From Candidatus Omnitrophota bacterium (lineage in GTDB: Bacteria; Ratteibacteria; UBA8468; B48-G9; DTJG01): a stretch of 64,000 bases of DNA. The stretch covers positions 47,086 through 111,085 of the forward strand of contig JAMWCD010000008.1 in NCBI GenBank assembly GCA_023818965.1. The letters run 5' to 3'. The translations under genes and the position numbers were made by a program. Below the pieces are notes generated by a model. The model saw nothing but the letters and a program-made list of their open reading frames with translations. It did not search any database and was not told the origin of the DNA. This document shows, in pieces, positions 57,981 to 64,000 of this stretch (positions within the stretch are counted from its first letter, which is position 1; the number at the start of each line of letters is the position of its first letter).

Positions 57981-60900
57981 ATGAACGGAGTCCGAAAGAA
58001 TGTTTTTATGCAGTTGGCTGCATTAATCTCTTGCGCCGTGTTAATGTGGCCCATTCAGGCATTGCCAATGCCTACTGGAGGTAATGTTGTTGCCGGGCAG
58101 GCGACGATAAGTCAGCCTGCTGCAACGACGATGCAAATTGACCAGGCATCGCAGAAGGCGATTATCAACTGGCAGGGTTTTTCCATTGATGCCAATGAAT
58201 TGGTCAGATTTGTTCAACCTGGAAGGACTGCTGTTGTCCTTAACCGTGTTGTGGGAGCAGACCCATCATTGATTTATGGGCAACTCCAGGCGAATGGCCA
58301 GGTATTTGTTGTTAATAATGCGGGAATACTTGTTGGCGCAGGAGCAAAGATTGATGTTGGGTCATTCTTTGCTTCAACATTGAATATTTCGGACTCTGAC
58401 TTCCTTGCAGGCAGATATAATTTTGTTCAGGACTCTGGAAAAAATCCTTCCTATATCGTAAATAAAGGCACGATTACTGTCTCAGACGATGGTTATGTCA
58501 TTTTGGCTGCTCCTCTGGTCTCTAATGAGGGGCTGATCATAGCAAATTTAGGAAAAGTCAATCTAATTGGCGGTGAGAAGGTCACTGTCAATTTTGATGG
58601 AACAGGGCTTATCAATTTTGCTGTTGACAAACTTCCAGGTCAACCTGGTTCTGTTCTGATGACCAAGGAAGCAGCAAGTGATATTATTAAAAATGTAGTT
58701 AATACAAAAGGACTGGTTGAGGCAGGTAGTGTTATTGAGAAAGATGGAGTTATTGAACTTGTGGGAGCAAGTGGAATTGTTATCAATTCAGGAACAATAA
58801 AGGCGCAGGGTGGCTCAGCAATCATGAAAGCGACTCAGTCAGCAGTATTGCCGGCAGGAGGAAATGTTGACGCGAAGGGTGGTAATTTTGAATTGAGTGG
58901 AAAAACGTTTTTACTTTCAGGTTCATATTCAGCGTCAAACTTTTTACTTGACCCTGCGAATGTTTTAATTGCCGAAGGTTCAGGTAGTGACCCTAATACT
59001 TATTACGAGGATAATATAGAATCTTCACTCAATAGCGGGACAAATGTGACAATCCAGGCATGGAACAGCATCACCATGCTTAATTTTACTACACCTGGAG
59101 ACCAGGGAATTGATGCTACTGGCTCCGGAAATCTTACCTTGCAGATAACAGATGAGGATGGTGACCATTCAGGCACAATTACCTTCAGCGACCAGAATGA
59201 CCATATTTCAATTGCAGGAAATATTACTCTTGATGCTCAAACATTTGCCACGACCAATGGTACTCTGCAGAATATTGGAAAACTGACAACAACAGCAGGA
59301 AATATCAATCTTCTTGCCAGCGGAAACATTGAACTACTTAATGATGCTCAAGTTGGCGGGTCAGGAGTTATCACGATAAACTCAACCAATGGGACATTAA
59401 CACAGGGAGCCAATTCTCATATTAGTTCAAATGCTACACCCATTGGCATTACTGCCTCCAACTATACAATGGTATCTGGTGCTACCATTGACTCAAATGG
59501 TGGAGCTGTAAATGTTAATGCTGGAAATGTGACCATTAACGGTACAATCACCAGCGATAATGGTAATATAAACTTTACTGGTTTAGCTACCGGCTTTACC
59601 ATTCCAACTGGTTCTGTTAATTCCGGCACAGGTAATGTTTCTATTATCCCTGTTGCTGGTACTACTGTTGATCTTGGCCATGTTGGTACAGGTACTTTAC
59701 AAATTACTGATGCAACCCTTGATAACATTACTACATCAGGCACCTTAACCATCGGTGATAGTAATACTGGCAATATTGCCATAGGCGCTGTTTCTCAACC
59801 TGCGGCTACTGTCCAGATAGTCAGTGGCGGCGATATAACTGATGATGGAGTACTCGGGACCACTATCAGTGCCAGTAACCTGACACTTATTGCAGATTCA
59901 GTGGGTACATCTGCTGCGCCACTTGGGGTTGATACAGCAGGTGGTCCTATTACTGTGAACACAACCTCGGGTGGAGCCACAGGAAATATCTATCTCGTGC
60001 AGCCCACAGGGAATCTATTAATGAGCCAGCTGACCCTTACCACTGACGCTGGTTCAGTTCAAACCATTGGATTGACCGCTGCTGGTGGAGCAATAAATGT
60101 TGATGCCAGCAAGACAATCACCGATAACCTGATTTTAATTGCGGATTCAATGGATATTGCCAATACAATTACTGGCGGTGGTTCAAACTACGTAATATTA
60201 AAACCTTATAGCACTAATACTGGGATAAACCTTGGAACAGAATCTGGCGGTCAGTTGTCTTTGACAGACGCAGAAATTGACAAGATTACCAGTGTCGCTT
60301 CAATCCAGGTTGGCGATACCAATAGCGGCACATTAACTGTTTCTGCTGCAATTACACCTGCAGGTACAAATACCCTAATTCTTGTCGCAGGTGATGCCGC
60401 AGGAGAGGACATTACTGGCGCTGGTACCATAACTGTCCAAAATCTTGGATTAAGCGCTGCTGGTGCAATCACACTGAACAACATTGATGCTGATAATCTT
60501 GCTGCGATAAGCAGGGTCAGCGGTAATATAACAATAACTGATAGCGACGATTTAACAGTAGGTCAGGTTACAGGTGCAGTAGTTGGTGGTACTCCAGCAA
60601 CAATTACTGGTGTTTCAACAACTGCTTCTGATATTGACATTCGCTCTGCTGGTACCCTGACAATCAGCAATGATGTTGTTGCTGGAAATAACGGCAACAT
60701 TATTCTTTACGGTGGAACAGGTGGCACTGGTGATGTTGCATTGGGTGCCAATGTTACCTCTGTCACCAGCGGCGATATTCATATTAAGGCAGCGAATGCT
60801 ATTACAAGTACAGCGGGAATTGTTAGTGGTGATCAGGTATTTCTTGATGCGGTTGACAATGTAGGGACAGGGTCTGCTCCGATTTATACAAATGCTGCAA

Positions 60901-63900
60901 CTCTTGGTGGACAGGTGACGGCTGCAAGTGGTGGATTTTATGTATACGAAGCGAATAATGTAACCATTGGTCAGGTTCAGGATTTGATTGGTTTAAGCAC
61001 CTTTGATGGAATTTCCACCAATGGTGGAAATGTAGTCGTTGAGGTTGGAGGGGTTTTAACAATTGTGGATAATTTAGCGCCTAACGACACTATCCGCACC
61101 AGCAATGGTACTGCTAACTTAATTGCAGATGATATAACGATAAACACCGCTGGAGCGCAACTGGCGGTGAACGCAGGAACTGGAAGCATTTTTATATCTC
61201 CAAAGACAGCAGGAAGAAGTATAGATTTAGGGACAGAGACAGTAGGTTTCCTGAGTCTTACCGATGCGGAAATAGATAAACTTTCAGCAGCCGGAGTTTT
61301 GACTATAGGAGATAGTATCAGGACAGGCGAGATCGCAATTACCAGCGATATTACGCCGGCTGGTGTCACCGCAATATTGTTGAGGAATGAAGGGCAGTCA
61401 GGCGCAGACATAGTCAGTAATGGGGGAAGGTTAATTGAGGATAATATAATTCTACAGGCAGCCGATAATATAGGGGAAGGAATTGCAGACAGATTATTGT
61501 TAGGTGCTACCACGAGTCTGGTAGCAACTGCAGGAACAGGCAGTATCTGGATTGACAATGATCAAAGTGTGGGAGCCGCGACTTTGACCGCTAACAGCGG
61601 TGTTATTGATATAGATGTTAGTGGTGCCGGAAATACACTAACTACAGGTGGTGCCTGGTCAGCCAATGCAATTACAGTATTAGCAGATGGGAACATTACT
61701 CTTGGACACGACCTTACTGCGGATGTGGGTAGCATTTCAATAACCTCAACAAGCGGGATTATTAACCAGACAGCCGGTGATGTGGAAGCCAGCGCTGCCA
61801 ATCAGTCAATCACTTATACAGCCAATGATATTTCCTTAGCAGGGACTACAACCGCTGATGCTACTACCGGCGTGGTTAATTTCATTCCAAACGCAGGCGT
61901 AGCAATTAACATTGGCGCGGGCGGCGCAAATTTTGGTGTAAGCGACGCGGAACTTGATTCTGTCCAATCAGCGTTGAGAATTGAAGTTGGTAATGCATCA
62001 TCTGGCGCGGTCACGATTGATGGCGCAGGAATTACTTTTGGTCCGGACAATGTCAGCACTCTTGTTATTAATACGGGTGCGGATATAAACGACAACGGTT
62101 CATCCAACATTATTGATGTGGTAACATTGGCATTGAATGCGGCAACAGGAATTGGTAATACAAATACAGTCAAGGTGGATACTGGCTCTTCAACTCTTGC
62201 CGCGAGGGTAACAGGTGTAGGTAACATCGTAATTAATGAGCAGACAGATGTTGTGGTCGGAGATGTTGTAGCAAATGCTGGTACAATCAGTGGATTAAGC
62301 ACATTCCAGGGTTCAATCACCCTGACAACAACCAATGGTTCAATTACTGTTAATAGCCCGATTACAGCAGGTGATAATGCAGGCACAAACAGTTTTGATG
62401 TTACTCTTACAGCGACCAATGCTGGAAATGCTGCGGATATTGTCATCGGGGCAGATATTACTGCCGATGATGATGCACTCATTACCGCAGGCGACACGAT
62501 CTCCCGACCCAGCGCCGGAACAGTTACAGCGACCGACCTGGTGGAATTAGACGCAGCAGCCGGGATTGGAGCATCCACCAATCCTATCTACACTGAGGCG
62601 GCGGTTCTGACTGCAAGAACTACCACAAGCGGCGGAATTTATATTTATGAAGCGTCGGCAGTTGATATTGGAACTGGTTCCGCGTTCAATGGAATAAATG
62701 CGGCAGCCAATGGTGATATAGTTGTAGCGAATGCCTCTGGTGATATGACTGTCTCACAAAATGTAACAACATCAGGAACAGGCACAATCACACTTACTGT
62801 GGAAGGAGACGACGATACCTTTATTCATAGTGGCGGCGCAATAGATACAGCAGACCAGGCAATCACCATAACTGCTGATAGAATGAATCTTTCTGGCGGA
62901 ACGATTGGTTCCTCCAATGAAGAAGTCACACTGAAGCCATACGATACCAATGATACCATCACCCTTGGCGTAGCAACAGATACTGATTTCAGTTTATCTG
63001 ATGCAGAACTTGATACGATAAATGTGCACGGTGGAAGCGGAATTTTAAACATTGGCCAGAGTGGTGGCGGCGTTATCACAATTGGCGGAAATATAGATGT
63101 AAGCGGTGACGCTGATATCCTGCACCTCTGGAGCGGTGGCTCTATAACCGGCGCTAACACCATTACTGGTAATGATTTAGCAGTATCCTCCACAGATGCT
63201 GGAAATATTGATATTAATACCATTGTAACAACTGTTGCTGCAGTGACAAACAATGGAGATATCACCATAGAACAGCAGGGTTCCAATAATTTGATTGTCG
63301 GGACTGTAGATGGCGTTAATGGTGTCAATGCTGGCGGGAGCAATGTGGTTATATCAACCGTAGATGGCAATATAACAATAAACGGTGATGTTTCAGCTGC
63401 TGGCACAGGGACAATAACAATTACTTCTGGAGATTCTAATTATAGTGATGGTACAGCCGCGTCAATACTTACTAATAATGCTGACATAACAACCAATAAT
63501 GGAGCGATTACTTTAGTTGCTGACCAGATGACGCTGGATGGTGCAGGAGCATCTATTGTTGCAGGTGGGACAAATACAGTAACATTGAAGCAGTATGTAA
63601 ATACTGGTAGCGGAGCAGGGACAATTTTAATTGATTTAGGTGGGTCTGATGCATTCATACCAGGACCTCCAGATTCTGTGACTCTTGGATTGACTGATGC
63701 AGAACTTGATACCATTACAGCCAGTCAAATTACGATTGGCGCAAGTAATGGAGCGAACATAGATAATACAGCGGCAGTTGGTCCGAATAATGTTTCTACG
63801 ATGCTACTGGTTACAGGTGGAACAATTGACAACCCAGGAGCAGGTGCTGGTAGTATAGAGGTAGCCAATCTTGCGCTTGATGCTGTAAATGGTATAGGTA

Positions 63901-64000
63901 CGACAAATTCTATTCACACGATAGTTACAAATGTAGCGGCATACAATAGTACCAGTGGCAATATCAGGATAACCGAGGCAGCCACAGGTGGAGATATAAA
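57981..64000 (+). CDS. tpsA: TpsA-type giant exoprotein (filamentous-hemagglutinin-like), 3' partial (more than 2006 aa within the window)
   Basis: SD 'caggagg'. Signal peptide, then the TPS (haemagglutination activity) domain 'NVVAGQATISQPAATTMQIDQASQKAIINWQGFSIDANELVRFVQPGRTAVVLNRVVGADPSLIYGQLQANGQVFVVNNAGILVGAGAKIDVGSFFASTL'. Downstream are G/T/N/A-rich beta-helix repeats. The frame stays open to the window end. Confidence 0.85.
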   Translation, partial: MNGVRKNVFMQLAALISCAVLMWPIQALPMPTGGNVVAGQATISQPAATTMQIDQASQKAIINWQGFSIDANELVRFVQPGRTAVVLNRVVGADPSLIYGQLQANGQVFVVNNAGILVGAGAKIDVGSFFASTLNISDSDFLAGRYNFVQDSGKNPSYIVNKGTITVSDDGYVILAAPLVSNEGLIIANLGKVNLIGGEKVTVNFDGTGLINFAVDKLPGQPGSVLMTKEAASDIIKNVVNTKGLVEAGSVIEKDGVIELVGASGIVINSGTIKAQGGSAIMKATQSAVLPAGGNVDAKGGNFELSGKTFLLSGSYSASNFLLDPANVLIAEGSGSDPNTYYEDNIESSLNSGTNVTIQAWNSITMLNFTTPGDQGIDATGSGNLTLQITDEDGDHSGTITFSDQNDHISIAGNITLDAQTFATTNGTLQNIGKLTTTAGNINLLASGNIELLNDAQVGGSGVITINSTNGTLTQGANSHISSNATPIGITASNYTMVSGATIDSNGGAVNVNAGNVTINGTITSDNGNINFTGLATGFTIPTGSVNSGTGNVSIIPVAGTTVDLGHVGTGTLQITDATLDNITTSGTLTIGDSNTGNIAIGAVSQPAATVQIVSGGDITDDGVLGTTISASNLTLIADSVGTSAAPLGVDTAGGPITVNTTSGGATGNIYLVQPTGNLLMSQLTLTTDAGSVQTIGLTAAGGAINVDASKTITDNLILIADSMDIANTITGGGSNYVILKPYSTNTGINLGTESGGQLSLTDAEIDKITSVASIQVGDTNSGTLTVSAAITPAGTNTLILVAGDAAGEDITGAGTITVQNLGLSAAGAITLNNIDADNLAAISRVSGNITITDSDDLTVGQVTGAVVGGTPATITGVSTTASDIDIRSAGTLTISNDVVAGNNGNIILYGGTGGTGDVALGANVTSVTSGDIHIKAANAITSTAGIVSGDQVFLDAVDNVGTGSAPIYTNAATLGGQVTAASGGFYVYEANNVTIGQVQDLIGLSTFDGISTNGGNVVVEVGGVLTIVDNLAPNDTIRTSNGTANLIADDITINTAGAQLAVNAGTGSIFISPKTAGRSIDLGTETVGFLSLTDAEIDKLSAAGVLTIGDSIRTGEIAITSDITPAGVTAILLRNEGQSGADIVSNGGRLIEDNIILQAADNIGEGIADRLLLGATTSLVATAGTGSIWIDNDQSVGAATLTANSGVIDIDVSGAGNTLTTGGAWSANAITVLADGNITLGHDLTADVGSISITSTSGIINQTAGDVEASAANQSITYTANDISLAGTTTADATTGVVNFIPNAGVAINIGAGGANFGVSDAELDSVQSALRIEVGNASSGAVTIDGAGITFGPDNVSTLVINTGADINDNGSSNIIDVVTLALNAATGIGNTNTVKVDTGSSTLAARVTGVGNIVINEQTDVVVGDVVANAGTISGLSTFQGSITLTTTNGSITVNSPITAGDNAGTNSFDVTLTATNAGNAADIVIGADITADDDALITAGDTISRPSAGTVTATDLVELDAAAGIGASTNPIYTEAAVLTARTTTSGGIYIYEASAVDIGTGSAFNGINAAANGDIVVANASGDMTVSQNVTTSGTGTITLTVEGDDDTFIHSGGAIDTADQAITITADRMNLSGGTIGSSNEEVTLKPYDTNDTITLGVATDTDFSLSDAELDTINVHGGSGILNIGQSGGGVITIGGNIDVSGDADILHLWSGGSITGANTITGNDLAVSSTDAGNIDINTIVTTVAAVTNNGDITIEQQGSNNLIVGTVDGVNGVNAGGSNVVISTVDGNITINGDVSAAGTGTITITSGDSNYSDGTAASILTNNADITTNNGAITLVADQMTLDGAGASIVAGGTNTVTLKQYVNTGSGAGTILIDLGGSDAFIPGPPDSVTLGLTDAELDTITASQITIGASNGANIDNTAAVGPNNVSTMLLVTGGTIDNPGAGAGSIEVANLALDAVNGIGTTNSIHTIVTNVAAYNSTSGNIRITEAATGGDI

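Noticed and set aside
58640-63715. Eleven minus-strand ORFs (61-255 aa) opposite the tpsA gene
   Set aside because: They are antisense shadows of a GC-richer, repeat-rich beta-helix coding region. They have low-complexity A/P/V/T-rich translations, no SDs, and the + strand frame is continuously open with a clear TPS domain.

Overview
About 64 kb of an AT-rich bacterial chromosome, probably from an uncultivated lineage. The prepilin-type H-X9-DG (DUF1559-like) protein hints at the PVC group; this is inference only. Most genes are on the + strand, with short overlaps between neighbours.

Layout:
(1) 1-27.5 kb is an accessory surface-protein island. It holds TolB-like PD40 beta-propeller giants, a 1906-aa protein built from about 19 tandem CarboxypepD_reg/Big-like repeats, FN3 modules, and a paralogous DUF11/CARDB-like domain family ('E-x-[IL]-P-x-GW ... 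KWL ... V-P ... G-x-Y-x-F-x-G') present in at least 8 proteins. Two proteins carry bona fide dockerin type-I modules. Two adjacent giants share a 'GGG-CFIATAA[YF]G' C-terminal anchor-like domain. There is one pilin-like protein and two GspC-like PDZ proteins.
(2) 27.7-56 kb is housekeeping: an orphan AmmeMemoRadiSam radical-SAM enzyme, rpe, hisD, tmk, holB, tRNA-Leu(CAG), rhaB, a 5-FCL enzyme, rarA, smpB plus an unannotated tmRNA (ssrA), an amidase, murI, queD, purC-S-L-Q, argB-D-F, an M24 peptidase and skp.
(3) 56.2 kb to the window end is a two-partner secretion locus: the tpsB transporter and a tpsA exoprotein of more than 2000 aa that runs off the window.

Seventeen intergenic gaps are filled with mosaic arrays of G-rich palindromic repeat units from at least four families. 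There is also a 149-bp element present in two copies, and the 3' end of the tRNA-Leu is duplicated. The most unusual content is the dockerin-bearing surface-protein set, the CFIATAA C-terminal module, a GC3-rich Cys/His insertion inside one repeat unit of the giant repeat protein, the palindromic repeat system, and the two-copy 149-bp element sitting behind tandem promoters.
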